A DNA stretch of 64,000 nucleotides from Phycisphaerae bacterium (GTDB lineage: Bacteria; Planctomycetota; Phycisphaerae; UBA1845; JAFGLZ01): contig JAFGLZ010000262.1 in the NCBI GenBank assembly GCA_016927755.1, positions 3,383 to 67,382 of the forward strand. Direction: 5' to 3'. Made by a program: the position numbers and the translations under genes. Within the stretch, counting starts at the first letter, position 1. Each line of letters begins with the position of its first letter. Under the pieces are notes generated by a model. It was given only the letters and a program-made list of their open reading frames with translations, did not search any database and was not told the DNA's origin. Shown piece after piece: positions 47,067-57,653 of the stretch.

Positions 47067-49169
47067 ATGTTGGAATCACTGTTAATCCCTGACACGGTAG
47101 CGGTTATCGGTGCCTCCCGGACGCCTGGGAAGGTAGGGCATGACATCGTGTCCAACCTGATCAAGGGCGGCTTCGAGGGCAAGATCGTCCCGGTAAACCC
47201 GTCGGCCGACGAGATCCTGGGTTTGCCGTGCTGCAAGGACCTGGCCTCTTTCGGCGAGAAGATCAACATGAGCGTCATCGCGGTCCCGGTGCCGTTCGTG
47301 CGAAGCGCCGTGGAGAGTTCGATCCAGGCGGGCGCCAAGGCGATCGTCGTGATCACGGCGGGCTTCAAGGAAGTGGGGCGCGAGGGGGCCGAGCTCGAGA
47401 AGGAGATCGCGCGAATCTGCCAGGCGAGCCACGTTCGGCTGCTTGGTCCGAACTGCTTGGGGCTGATCAACAGCCATCACAAGATGAACGCGTCTTTCGC
47501 CTCGCACATGCCGAAGCCCGGGGGGATTTCGGTGATGTCGCAGTCGGGAGCGTTGTGCACGGCGATTCTCGACATGGCCGCCCACCGCCACCTGGGCCTA
47601 GCCAAGGTCATCAGCGTGGGCAACAAGGCCGACATCGACGAGACCGACCTGCTCGAGGCGCTGGCGGCGGATCCGGACACGAAGGTGATCGTTGGTTACC
47701 TGGAGAGCATCGGATCGGGGAATCAGTTCATCAAGATCGCCGAGAATGCGGCCTCGATCAAGCCGGTGATCATCCTGAAGGCGGGCACGACGTCGTCAGG
47801 CGTCAAGGCGGCCTCCAGCCACACCGGGAGTCTCGCGGGCGCCGACATCGCGTACGGAGCGGCCTTTAGGCGCGCTGGCGTGATTCGAGCGGACACGTTC
47901 GAGGCACTGTTCGATTGCGCCAAGGCGCTTTCGATGCAGCCGCTACCCAAGGGCGACCGGGTCGCGATCATCACGAACGCCGGCGGTCCCGGGATCATGG
48001 CGGCGGACGCCGTGGAGAACGCCGGGATGGAGGTCGCGGCGTTGGCGCGCGCATCGGCAACCGCGCTCAAGAAGAGGCTTCCGGCGGCGGCGAGCGTGGG
48101 CAATCCGATCGACGTTCTGGGCGACGCCGACCCGGAACGATACATTACGGCCCTGAACGCCGCGCAGGACGACTCGTCGGTGGACGCGATTATCGTGATC
48201 CTGACCCCGCAGGCGATGACGAAGCCGGCGGACACGGCGCTGGCCATGGCCAAGTGTCTACGCGGCGAGAAGCCCGTCATGGTGGCGTTCATGGGCGGGC
48301 AGGACGTCATGCCGGGGCGGGAGGAGTTGGTTGCGCACAGTCTGCCCGACTACCCCGCGCCCGAGCGGGCGGTCGCGGCGCTGCGGGCCATGTGCGACTA
48401 CGCGGCATGGCGTCGTCGACCGCCGCGTGTGGTGACTCGGTTCCCCGTGAACCGCCGCCGCGTCGAGCGGATCATCGGGCGAAACCTACGGACCAATCGC
48501 ACGCAGATCGGCGAGGTCGAGGCCAAGGAGATCCTTCGGGCGTACAACTTCACGGTCCCGGAGGGCCACCTGGCCGCAACGGCGGACGAGGGCATCGACG
48601 TGGCCGGGCGCGTCGGGTACCCCGTGGCGATGAAGATCGTCTCGCCGGACGTCGTCCACAAGTCGGATCTGGGCGGGGTTCGGCTGAACCTGGTCGACGC
48701 TGACGCGGTTCGCGACGCGTTCGACCTGATGATGCTTCGGATCCGGCGGGCGCTGCCGGAGGCGCGTCTGGACGGCGTGTACGTGGAGAAGATGTGCGCA
48801 CGGGGCAGGGAGGTCATCCTGGGCATGACCCGGGATCCCCAGTTCGGGCCGATGCTCATGTTCGGCTTGGGCGGGATCTTCGTCGAGGTGATGAAGGACG
48901 TGACGTTCCACCTGGCGCCGATCACCGCGGAAGAGGCGATGCAGATGTTGCTCGGGACGCGGTCGTATGCCCTGCTGAAGGGGGCTCGGGGTCAGTCGGG
49001 CGTCGATCTGCCGGCCATCGCGACCGGCTTGCAGCGGATCAGCCAATTGGTCACGGACTTCCCGCAGGTCGTGGAGCTGGACATCAACCCGTTTATCGTC
49101 GGGGAGGTCGGAACCGACCCGTTTGTCGCGGATGCACGGATGACGCTGTCTGAAGCTGGTAAGAAGTGA
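47067..49169 (+). CDS. ADP-forming acetate/acyl-CoA ligase (fused alpha/beta, AcdAB-type)
   Basis: Motifs: VAVIGAS, GPNCLG, SQSGA, GNKAD, SHTGSLAG (phospho-His), TNAGG.G, NPID; ATP-grasp GYPVAMKI.S..HKSD.GGV and LDINP. Confidence 0.93.
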   Translation: MLESLLIPDTVAVIGASRTPGKVGHDIVSNLIKGGFEGKIVPVNPSADEILGLPCCKDLASFGEKINMSVIAVPVPFVRSAVESSIQAGAKAIVVITAGFKEVGREGAELEKEIARICQASHVRLLGPNCLGLINSHHKMNASFASHMPKPGGISVMSQSGALCTAILDMAAHRHLGLAKVISVGNKADIDETDLLEALAADPDTKVIVGYLESIGSGNQFIKIAENAASIKPVIILKAGTTSSGVKAASSHTGSLAGADIAYGAAFRRAGVIRADTFEALFDCAKALSMQPLPKGDRVAIITNAGGPGIMAADAVENAGMEVAALARASATALKKRLPAAASVGNPIDVLGDADPERYITALNAAQDDSSVDAIIVILTPQAMTKPADTALAMAKCLRGEKPVMVAFMGGQDVMPGREELVAHSLPDYPAPERAVAALRAMCDYAAWRRRPPRVVTRFPVNRRRVERIIGRNLRTNRTQIGEVEAKEILRAYNFTVPEGHLAATADEGIDVAGRVGYPVAMKIVSPDVVHKSDLGGVRLNLVDADAVRDAFDLMMLRIRRALPEARLDGVYVEKMCARGREVILGMTRDPQFGPMLMFGLGGIFVEVMKDVTFHLAPITAEEAMQMLLGTRSYALLKGARGQSGVDLPAIATGLQRISQLVTDFPQVVELDINPFIVGEVGTDPFVADARMTLSEAGKK

Positions 49170-51052
49170 TGAGCGCGAAACACAACGTGAGCTACGATCC
49201 TCGCTGGCAGAGCAAGTACGCGAGCATGATCCAGTCGGCGGACGAGGCGGTGTCGCACATTCGCCCGGGCCAGCGGATCTTCATCGGAACCGGATGCGCG
49301 CAGCCCCAGGAGCTCGTTCACGCCTTGGCGGCGCGGGCGGGGGAGCTGGCGGATACGGAGATCCTGCATCTTCTGACGATGGGCGAAGCGCCTTACGCCG
49401 ACGCGGAGCTTTCCGAGCAATTCCGCGTGAACAGCTTCTTCATCGCGGAGAACGTGCGGAACATCATCCAAGAGGGTCTCGGCGACTACACGCCGATCTT
49501 CCTGTCTGACATTCCGCGGCTGTTCACGTCGGGGCAGCTCCCGCTGGACGTCGCGCTGATTCAGGTGGCCCCGCCCGACGAGCGGGGGATGTGCAGCCTG
49601 GGCATCTCGGTGGACATCGTCAAGAGCGCGGCCGAGAACGCCGGGCGCGTGGTTGCCGAGGTCAACCCGAGAATGCCGCGGACGCTGGGGGACAGCTTCA
49701 TTCACGTCCACGACATGGACGTGCTCGTTCCGGTCGACACGCCGCTGCTCGAGGTGGAGCCGCCGGAGACGACGGAGGTGACGCGTCGGATCGGCGAGTA
49801 CGTCGCGGCCCTGGTCGAGGACGGGTCCACGATCGAGCTGGGGATCGGGCGAATCCCTCAGTCGGTGCTCGAGTTCCTCAAGGGCAAGAAGGAACTGGGC
49901 ATTCACACCGAGATGTTCACCGACGCCATTATCGACATGGTCGAGCGCGGCGCGATTACCGGCTCCCGCAAGAGCGTCGATCGAGGGAAGATCGTCGCGA
50001 GCTTCGTCCTCGGAACGCGCCGCCTGTATGACTACATCGACAACAACCCGATGTTCTCGTTCCACCCCACGGAATACGTCAACGACCCGTTCCTGATCAG
50101 CCGGCAGCACAAGCAGATCGCCGTCAACGTGGCACTCGAGATCGACCTGACCGGACAGGTCTGCGCCGACTCGCTGGGGACGAAGTTTTACTCGGGCATC
50201 GGCGGCCAGCTCGACTTCAATCGCGGGGCCGCGCGTTCTCCCGGCGGCAAGGCCATCATCGCCCTGCCTTCGACGGCCCAGGAGGGCAGGGTATCCCGGA
50301 TCGTGGCGCGGCTGAGTCCCGGCGCCGGCGTGGTGACGACGCGCGGCGACGTTCACTACGTGGTGACCGAGTACGGCGTGGCCTACCTGCATGGCAAGAG
50401 CGTGCAGGAGCGGGCGCTGGCGCTGATCAGCATCTCTCATCCAGACTACCGCGCGGAGCTGCTCCGGCAGGCCATCGAGGCCAAGTACGTCCGCGAGGAA
50501 CTGGCGGATATCGAGAGCCGCGTCGCCATGATCGGACCGCCCGAGCTCCGCACCACGATGTTGCTTGACGACGGAACCCAGGTGAACTTCCGGGCCATTC
50601 ATCCGACCGACGAGCCGGGCATGCGCGACTTGTTCTACGCCCTGAGCCAGGAGACCATCTACTACCGGTTCATGACTTACATGAAGCGGATTCCCCAGAA
50701 GCAAGTGCAGGACTTCGTTTACGTGGATCACCGCACCGAGGTGGCCATCGTCGCGACGCTGCCGGAGGCCTACGGCGACGAGATCATCGCCATCGGACGC
50801 TACTACCTGGACCCCAAGACGAACCGGGCGGAGGTCGCCTTTGTGGTCCGCGATCAGTGGCAGAACCGCGGCATCGGCAGATTCCTGCTCAAGCACCTGA
50901 TCAACATCGCCCGACGGAACGGCATCGCGGGTTTCACGGCCGAGGTGCTCCGGGAGAACAAGGCCATGCAGCACGTGTTCAACAACAGCGACTGCAAGGT
51001 CTCGAGCCGTCTCAGCGACAACGTTTACAGCTTCCAGTTGGAGTTCGAGTAG
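49166..51052 (+). CDS. Acetyl-CoA hydrolase/CoA-transferase fused to C-terminal GNAT acetyltransferase
   Basis: CoA-transferase motifs: LGIGRIP, GIHTEM, GIGGQ.DF.RGA, VVTEYG.A.L.GK. GNAT motifs: AEVAFVVRDQWQNRGIG, VL.EN.AM. Overlaps the upstream stop. Confidence 0.93.
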   Translation: MMSAKHNVSYDPRWQSKYASMIQSADEAVSHIRPGQRIFIGTGCAQPQELVHALAARAGELADTEILHLLTMGEAPYADAELSEQFRVNSFFIAENVRNIIQEGLGDYTPIFLSDIPRLFTSGQLPLDVALIQVAPPDERGMCSLGISVDIVKSAAENAGRVVAEVNPRMPRTLGDSFIHVHDMDVLVPVDTPLLEVEPPETTEVTRRIGEYVAALVEDGSTIELGIGRIPQSVLEFLKGKKELGIHTEMFTDAIIDMVERGAITGSRKSVDRGKIVASFVLGTRRLYDYIDNNPMFSFHPTEYVNDPFLISRQHKQIAVNVALEIDLTGQVCADSLGTKFYSGIGGQLDFNRGAARSPGGKAIIALPSTAQEGRVSRIVARLSPGAGVVTTRGDVHYVVTEYGVAYLHGKSVQERALALISISHPDYRAELLRQAIEAKYVREELADIESRVAMIGPPELRTTMLLDDGTQVNFRAIHPTDEPGMRDLFYALSQETIYYRFMTYMKRIPQKQVQDFVYVDHRTEVAIVATLPEAYGDEIIAIGRYYLDPKTNRAEVAFVVRDQWQNRGIGRFLLKHLINIARRNGIAGFTAEVLRENKAMQHVFNNSDCKVSSRLSDNVYSFQLEFE

Positions 51053-51154
51053 TCGTCGGCGACGATCCGGGATTCATGAGAGGCGACACGAAAACGGGCG
51101 ACGCCCTTTTGAAAGAGGCGACGCCCGTGGTGCTTACCTGGAAGTGCGCGTGCC

Positions 51155-52336
51155 TTATTTCGACAGCGCTTCCGATCGTTCGACGCGGATTCGCGGGCTT
51201 AGTGACGGGCCGTTGATCAGTCCGCAGGCGTCGGACTCGCCCTTGAGGATGCAGTCGAAGAAGGCCACGGCATAGGCGTTGATGTACTGCTGGGCGTCGA
51301 CGGAATCCCAGTAGACGACCTCCGTTCCGTCGAAGCGTTTGCCCTTGCCGACGCCGTCGCCGTGATCGGGACTGATGCGGTGCATCTCGCTGAAGGTGAA
51401 GTGTCCGGCGTCCTTGAACTCGAGCAGCCACTTCGGGGCTCGCCAGGCCTTGTAGATCTTGAGGAACAGCTCGCTCTTGTCCTTTCCGATGGTCTTGTCC
51501 TGGTCGGCGACCATGAGCATGACGGGCGTCTCGAACGTCAGGGCCGCCGGCGCCACCCCGGCCAGCGGGATGATCGCCTTGATCCGCTTGTCCCGCGTGG
51601 CGATGGTCGTGGTGATGCCGCCGAAGCTGTGCCCGGCGCACCCGATCTTGTCCAGGTCGATCCCCTGGTAGAGGAAGCTCTTTTCGTCGCCGTTCTGGCG
51701 CGTCATCTCATCGATCAGGAAGGACATGTCGCGTGGGCGGTCCTCGACGGCGGCGATCGATCCCTTGGCGTTGATCAGGACGACGCCCTCGGGCAGGGGC
51801 GCGACGGACGCGTTTCCGGTATGGTCGCACGCCACGACGATGTACCCGTGACTGGCCAGGTGCTCGGTCAGGAAGAGCGACTGTTCGCGGATTCCGCCGT
51901 TGCCATGGCTGAACAGGATCAGGGGGAACTTGCCCTTGCGCTTCTGGGCGTCTCGAACAGCTCGAACCGCTCCGGCGAAGTTCTTCTCGATCTCGTCGAG
52001 CGCGATCTTCTCGGTGTAGCGCTTCAGTGCCGCAACCGCCTCATCGAACTTGTCGAGGAAGAACGACCGGAACGTGGCCTTGGGACCATTTCGGGCCCCG
52101 TCGGCCGCCGGATACCAGACCTCGGTGACGAGTTGGCGCTTCCGGCTCGTCGAGACGTCGACGCGGGAATCGTCGGTGAAGATGAAGGTGCGACAGCCAA
52201 CGGGATACGGGCCGGGTTTGTACCACTTGGCCGCCCGCTTGGGTGGGGCGCCGATCGCGACCGACACACATCCCCACGACAAGACAACGGCAAGCGCGCA
52301 GTGCCGAACGACGCGCGGTTTGACTGCGTGATTCAT
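51155..52336 (-). CDS. Secreted alpha/beta hydrolase (dienelactone hydrolase/PAF-acetylhydrolase-like)
   Basis: Signal peptide. Motifs: GPYPVG, VWYPA, FSHG.GG, LASHGYIV, GHSFGG, D and AGH triad residues. Confidence 0.88.
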   Translation of the reverse strand: MNHAVKPRVVRHCALAVVLSWGCVSVAIGAPPKRAAKWYKPGPYPVGCRTFIFTDDSRVDVSTSRKRQLVTEVWYPAADGARNGPKATFRSFFLDKFDEAVAALKRYTEKIALDEIEKNFAGAVRAVRDAQKRKGKFPLILFSHGNGGIREQSLFLTEHLASHGYIVVACDHTGNASVAPLPEGVVLINAKGSIAAVEDRPRDMSFLIDEMTRQNGDEKSFLYQGIDLDKIGCAGHSFGGITTTIATRDKRIKAIIPLAGVAPAALTFETPVMLMVADQDKTIGKDKSELFLKIYKAWRAPKWLLEFKDAGHFTFSEMHRISPDHGDGVGKGKRFDGTEVVYWDSVDAQQYINAYAVAFFDCILKGESDACGLINGPSLSPRIRVERSEALSK

Positions 52337-52579
52337 GACGGTATGGCCTCTCGGAATCCAGCACCCCTGTCCCAATGTAGCGGACGGGGGTCGGGACGTC
52401 CAACAGAGACCGCATAACGCCGGCGGACAGGGGCGGCGCCGGGCGGCGGCTTCCCGCGACGGACGGGCCCCAGGCGAGAATCGAAGTCTGAAGTAAGGTC
52501 CTCGCCCAGGTGTCCATCATTCGGAGGTTGTCGACGCGCCAGACCGTCGCGGATGTGCCGTCAGGCGTATCTAAACCGT

Positions 52580-52639
52580 TTGACCCGACAGGCCGATGTG
52601 ATAGAATATGACTGGAGGACGCATATGGTCAGTCGGTCA
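52580..52639 (+). promoter_or_regulatory. TetR gene promoter with probable operator half-sites
   Basis: TTGACC-N16-TAGAAT with extended -10 TG; TGACC(C)GAC ... GTCGGTCA imperfect inverted repeat. Confidence 0.55.
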
Positions 52640-53251
52640 GCCGGAACAGTCAACGGAATGCTCGACGTCCGTCAGCAGGTCATGGACGAGGCGTCCAGGC
52701 TCTTTCTCCACTATGGTTTCAAGAAGACGACCATGGACGAGATTGCTCGCCAGGTTGGTATCTCCAAGGGTGCCTTGTACCTGCATTTTGATAGTAAGGA
52801 GGCGATCTTTACTGAGATTGGCAACCAGGTTCGAACGCAGGTGCTGGGCCTCATCGCGGGCATCGCCACGGGAGACCTGCCTCCTGACGATAAGATCCGG
52901 CGGATGCACGCTGACGCGTTGCTGTTCGTGTGGGACTATTTCCATCAGGCTCCGCACGCTCCAGAGATTTGGGGCGAGGCGACGACGATGTTTAACGCGC
53001 GGAATACGGAATTCTACAAGCAGTGTCAGCGGCTGGAGGCGCAGGTGGTCGGCGAAGGCCAGAATCTGGGGATGTTTCGCCGCGACCTCGGGCCCGATCG
53101 CGTCGCCAAGCTCATGGCCCTGGCCAGTCAGGGCATGGCCCCCCCGTACCTCCGGATCTCGGAGCGACGGGAACTGATCGAGGCCCTCGATCAGATGTTC
53201 GATTTGATTCTGGACGGGCTTCGCTACGGAGCCGAGCAGCCCGCCCACTGA
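52625..53251 (+). CDS. TetR/AcrR-family transcriptional regulator
   Basis: A..LF..YGFKKTTMDEIA..VGISKGALYLHFDSKE; GGAGG RBS. Confidence 0.95.
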   Translation: MVSRSAGTVNGMLDVRQQVMDEASRLFLHYGFKKTTMDEIARQVGISKGALYLHFDSKEAIFTEIGNQVRTQVLGLIAGIATGDLPPDDKIRRMHADALLFVWDYFHQAPHAPEIWGEATTMFNARNTEFYKQCQRLEAQVVGEGQNLGMFRRDLGPDRVAKLMALASQGMAPPYLRISERRELIEALDQMFDLILDGLRYGAEQPAH

Positions 53252-53277
53252 GGGGACAAGGCAAGGGAAGTGACTCG

Positions 53278-54435
53278 ATGACTACATTGGTCAGTAATTC
53301 AGAATCCGAGACCCGCGCCAGCGGGTCGCCCAAGGCGGCTCGACGTCGTAAGACCGCCGGTGATCCGGGCCCGAAGCCCGGCCCGCGGCAGAGCTGGGCG
53401 GCCCCGGCATTCGTCCTGGGCGTCGGCGCCCTCATCACGGCCGGTGTGGCGCTCTGGCCGGCGCCCGCGGAATCGATCGCCAAGACGGAGGGCCCGCCCG
53501 CCGTTAACGTCAAGATTCAGGAATTGGTTCCGATCGACCAGTTGGACGAGATCCGTTTGCCGGCGGTGCTGGAGCCGTACCGGCGGGTGAAGGTGGCCGC
53601 GGAGGTGATGGGTCGGGTCGAGAAGCTCGGGCCGAAGGAAGGCAGCGACCTGGAGCCGAACCAGCCGCTGGCGTGGCTGAACTCGGACCTCATTCAGGCG
53701 GCTTACGATCAGGCCAAGGCCAAGCATGAGCTGGACGTTCACGAGTTGAAGCGGTACGAGACGCTGGATGATCGCGGTGTGGCCACGGACATCGAGCTGT
53801 TCCGGGCCCAAGCCGCGGCGGCGATCAGCCAGGCCGTGCTCAACGAGGCGGGCGAGCGACTGAAGCGGACCGTGATTCGGGCACCCATGGCGGGCGTGCT
53901 CAATGACATGATCATCGAGCCGGGCGAGTTCGTCAGCGCGGGCACGCCGGTGGCGGAGATTCTCGAGATCGACCGGCTCAAGGCGGTGGTGAATCTTCCG
54001 GAGCGGGACGTGGTTCACGTGAGCGTGGGCCAGAAGGCACGGATTCTCGTGGACGCCATTGACGGCTACGAACTGGCCGGCGAGGTCACGTTCATCGAGT
54101 CCTGCGGCGACGAGCGATGCCGGACGTTTCGCACGGAGATCACGGCCGACAACAAGCAGCGGCGAGCCCGTGCCGGGTTGATCGTCCGGGTCGCGTTGCG
54201 GAGGAACGTCATCGAGAAGGCGATCATGATCCCTCTCGTGGCGGTCATTCCCACCGAAGAGGGCTACCAGGTCTACGTCATCGAGGAGGGCAAGGCCCGC
54301 TCGAGGACCGTCAAGGTCGGCCTGATCGTCGGCGATCGGGTCCAGGCCAAGATCGGTCTCGAGCCCGGCGACAAGCTCATCGTCGACGGACACCGCTTGG
54401 TCGGCGACGGCGCTCCCGTCCAAGTGGTGGAGTGA
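53278..54435 (+). CDS. RND efflux periplasmic adaptor (membrane fusion protein)
   Basis: TM anchor. Motifs: V.AEV.GRV, IRAP..G, GE.V..G.P, AIMIP, GL.PGD..IVDG. Confidence 0.93.
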   Translation: MTTLVSNSESETRASGSPKAARRRKTAGDPGPKPGPRQSWAAPAFVLGVGALITAGVALWPAPAESIAKTEGPPAVNVKIQELVPIDQLDEIRLPAVLEPYRRVKVAAEVMGRVEKLGPKEGSDLEPNQPLAWLNSDLIQAAYDQAKAKHELDVHELKRYETLDDRGVATDIELFRAQAAAAISQAVLNEAGERLKRTVIRAPMAGVLNDMIIEPGEFVSAGTPVAEILEIDRLKAVVNLPERDVVHVSVGQKARILVDAIDGYELAGEVTFIESCGDERCRTFRTEITADNKQRRARAGLIVRVALRRNVIEKAIMIPLVAVIPTEEGYQVYVIEEGKARSRTVKVGLIVGDRVQAKIGLEPGDKLIVDGHRLVGDGAPVQVVE

Positions 54436-54439
54436 CGGC

Positions 54440-57400
54440 ATGATCCTCAGCGATGCCGCCATCAAGAACCGGACCACGGTCCTCGTCCTGATCATCCTGA
54501 TCATCGTGTCGGGCCTGTACAGCTACGTCGCCCTGCCGCGGGAAGCCGAACCCGAGGTACCCATTCCGTTCGTCATCGTCAGCACGCAGTACGAAGGCAT
54601 CAGTCCGGAAGACGTCGAGACGGCCGTGACGATGAAGATCGAGAAGGAGTTGCAGGGCCTTAAGTGCTTGGAGGAGATCAAGAGCTCGAGCGCCGAGGGC
54701 ATCAGCCTCATTACGATCGAATTCACGCCCGACATCGACATCGAGGACGCGCTGCAGCGGGTCCGCGACAAGGTCGACCGGGCTCGGGGCGAGCTGCCCC
54801 GCGAGATCGAGGAGCCGATGATCCGGGAGATCAACGTCTCGGACTTCCCGGTTCTGGTGATGAACCTGTACGGCCCGGTCAGCCTGGTCCACCTCAAGGA
54901 GATCGCCGAGGATCTGGAGGACATCTTCGAGGCCATCCCCGGCGTGCTCGACGCGACCGTCTCGGGGGGGCTGGAACGCGAGATCCGGCTCGAGTTCGAC
55001 CCCGATCGCCTGGTGGCCTACAAGATCAGCCTGGCCGAGCTGATCAGCCTGATCCCTTCCGAGAACGTGAATATCTCCAGCGGGAACGTGGAGTCGGCGG
55101 AGGCGAAGTTCTCCGTCCGCGTTCCGGGCGAGTTCGTCAGGCCCGACGAGGTGGATCACCTCTTGCTGACCGTTCGCGAGGGCAAGCCGATCTACCTGTC
55201 CGACGTGGCGAAGGTCCGTGACACATTCAAGGACCGCGAGGGGTACTCCCGGATCAACGGCCAAGAGTGCGTAACCCTGTCGATTCAGAAGCGGACCGGG
55301 GCGAACATCATCGAGATCGTCGACAGGATCAAGGCGGTCATGGCCAAGGCGCAGTCTCACCTGCCGACGGGGGTTTCGTACACGTTCACGCTCGACGATT
55401 CCAAGGACATCCGTCGGATGGTCAGCGAGCTGGAGAACAGCATTCTTTCCGGTCTGATCCTGGTCGTGGGGGTTCTGTTCGTGTTTCTCGGCTGGCGGAC
55501 CAGCCTGATCGTCGGCTTCGCCATTCCGCTATCGATGCTGATCAGCTTCGGCATCCTGCTGGCGATGGGCTACACGCTAAACATCGTCGTGCTGTTCAGC
55601 CTGACGCTGGCGCTGGGCATGTTGGTCGACAACGCGATCGTGATCACGGAGAACATCTACCGGCACCATCAGGAGGGCAAGCCGCTGGTCCAGGCCGGCA
55701 TGGACGGCACGGCGGAGGTCGCCTGGCCGGTGATTACCAGCACGGCCACGACGCTGGCGGCGTTCGCCCCGATGATGTTCTGGCCCGGCATCATCGGCGA
55801 GTTCATGAGTTTCCTGCCGATCACGCTGATCATCACGCTCAGCGCGTCGCTGTTCGTCGCGCTGGTGATCACGCCGATGCTGTCGACGGTCCTGATCCGG
55901 CTCAAGGCCGAACACCGAGCCGGCGTGACTGAAGGCCCCTTCCTGCGTCGTTACCGAGCGGTGCTCGAACTGGCGTTGGCGCATCGTCCGACGACGCTGA
56001 TTCTGGCGGTGATGGTGTTGGTAGGACTGACGATCGGGTACGTGCGTCACGGACACGGGGTAGAGTTCTTCCCCGAGGTGGATCCGCAACGAGCGTATAT
56101 CGATCTGAGGGGCGCTCAGGGCACCGCGTTGTCCGAGTCGGACCGGCGCGCGCGGATGATCGAAGACGTGCTGGTGGATTACTACGGCGACAACAAGGAC
56201 CGCGACCTGCGCAACTACGTGGCCAGCGTTGGCGCCGGGTCCGAGTCCGGCGCCAGGAGTCTACAGGTCGGCACCAGCGGGTCGCATCGTTCTCGGATCA
56301 ACCTCGACTTCCACGACTACCAGGACCGCCGGCGTCACAGCGCCCAGGCCCTTATGGAGATCCGCTCGAAGCTGCCGAAGCTGACGGGGGTCGAGGTCCG
56401 CGTCAAGAAGTCCGAGCACGGGCCGCCTCGCGGGGAGCCGGTGACGGTGGAGATCGCCGGCGAGGACTTCAAGGTCCTTACGCGTCTGAGCGACGAGGTG
56501 CAGCGTCGCATCATCGACGTTCCCGGGCTGGTCAACCTTCGGGAGGACTACGAGCGAGCCAAGCCGGAGCTCCAGTTCATCGTGGATCGCCAGCGGGCCA
56601 TGCTGCTGAGCGTCAACACGCAGGTCATCGGCGAGTTCCTCAAGACGGCCTTTTGGGGTAGGAAGGTCAGCACCTATCGGCAATACGACGACGAGTACGA
56701 CATCACGGTCCGGCTGCCCCGTGCCGACCGTCTGCGGATCGAGGACCTCTACCGATTGCAGGTGCCGAACCTGGCCGGTCGACCCGTTCCGCTGTCGTCG
56801 CTCGGGGAGTTCGTCTACACGGGGGGCAAGGGCACGATCGAGCGAATCGACCAGAAGCGGGTGATCACGGTTCTGGCCGAGGCAGAAGGGCGTCTCGGCA
56901 ACGACGTCCTGGCGGACGTACAGAAGCGTTTGTCGGAGCTGGATCTCCCGCCGGGGTACACGATCAAGTACGCCGGCGAGACCGAGAAGCAGGACGAATC
57001 CAGCGCGTTTCTCGAGAAGGCCTTCATCGCGGCGCTCTTGCTGATCACGCTGATCCTCGTGGCGCAGTTCAACAGCCTTCGGATCCCGTTCATCGTCATG
57101 ACGACGGTGATCCTGTCGCTGATCGGGGTGCTGGTGGGGCTGCTGGTCTTCAAGATGCCGTTCGGCGTCGTCATGACGGGGGTGGGGGTCATCAGCCTGG
57201 CCGGGGTGGTGGTCAACAACGCGATCGTGCTGCTGGACTACACGCGTCAGTTGCAGGATCGCGGGATGACGCTGGTGCAGGCGAGCGTACAGGCGGGCAT
57301 GACGCGTCTGCGCCCTGTTCTGCTGACGGCGATCACGACCGTGCTCGGGCTGATCCCGATGGCGGCGGGGATCAGCTTCAACTTCCGACAGCTTCGATGG

Positions 57401-57586
57401 GAGTTCGGCAGCGAGTCGGCGGAGTGGTGGGGCTCGATGGCGATCGCCGTGATCTTCGGCCTGACGTTCGCGACGATCCTGACCCTGGTCGTCGTGCCCA
57501 CGCTGTATTGCATGCTACATCAGCGTGGTGAACGGCTGGCGGCCGAGAGACGAGCCGCCGAGGCGGGCGAAACCTGCCTTCCTTGA
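54440..57586 (+). CDS. RND efflux permease (AcrB/HAE1 family)
   Basis: 1048 aa. Motifs: GMLVDNAIV..EN, GVVVNNAIV, RLRPVLLT, TL.VVP. Confidence 0.96.
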   Translation: MILSDAAIKNRTTVLVLIILIIVSGLYSYVALPREAEPEVPIPFVIVSTQYEGISPEDVETAVTMKIEKELQGLKCLEEIKSSSAEGISLITIEFTPDIDIEDALQRVRDKVDRARGELPREIEEPMIREINVSDFPVLVMNLYGPVSLVHLKEIAEDLEDIFEAIPGVLDATVSGGLEREIRLEFDPDRLVAYKISLAELISLIPSENVNISSGNVESAEAKFSVRVPGEFVRPDEVDHLLLTVREGKPIYLSDVAKVRDTFKDREGYSRINGQECVTLSIQKRTGANIIEIVDRIKAVMAKAQSHLPTGVSYTFTLDDSKDIRRMVSELENSILSGLILVVGVLFVFLGWRTSLIVGFAIPLSMLISFGILLAMGYTLNIVVLFSLTLALGMLVDNAIVITENIYRHHQEGKPLVQAGMDGTAEVAWPVITSTATTLAAFAPMMFWPGIIGEFMSFLPITLIITLSASLFVALVITPMLSTVLIRLKAEHRAGVTEGPFLRRYRAVLELALAHRPTTLILAVMVLVGLTIGYVRHGHGVEFFPEVDPQRAYIDLRGAQGTALSESDRRARMIEDVLVDYYGDNKDRDLRNYVASVGAGSESGARSLQVGTSGSHRSRINLDFHDYQDRRRHSAQALMEIRSKLPKLTGVEVRVKKSEHGPPRGEPVTVEIAGEDFKVLTRLSDEVQRRIIDVPGLVNLREDYERAKPELQFIVDRQRAMLLSVNTQVIGEFLKTAFWGRKVSTYRQYDDEYDITVRLPRADRLRIEDLYRLQVPNLAGRPVPLSSLGEFVYTGGKGTIERIDQKRVITVLAEAEGRLGNDVLADVQKRLSELDLPPGYTIKYAGETEKQDESSAFLEKAFIAALLLITLILVAQFNSLRIPFIVMTTVILSLIGVLVGLLVFKMPFGVVMTGVGVISLAGVVVNNAIVLLDYTRQLQDRGMTLVQASVQAGMTRLRPVLLTAITTVLGLIPMAAGISFNFRQLRWEFGSESAEWWGSMAIAVIFGLTFATILTLVVVPTLYCMLHQRGERLAAERRAAEAGETCLP

Positions 57587-57653
57587 CGCGACTCCGGCCG
57601 ATTGCTACCGTGAGGTGGGGTTAGGAACGTCGAGCCACCGGACGACCGCGTTA

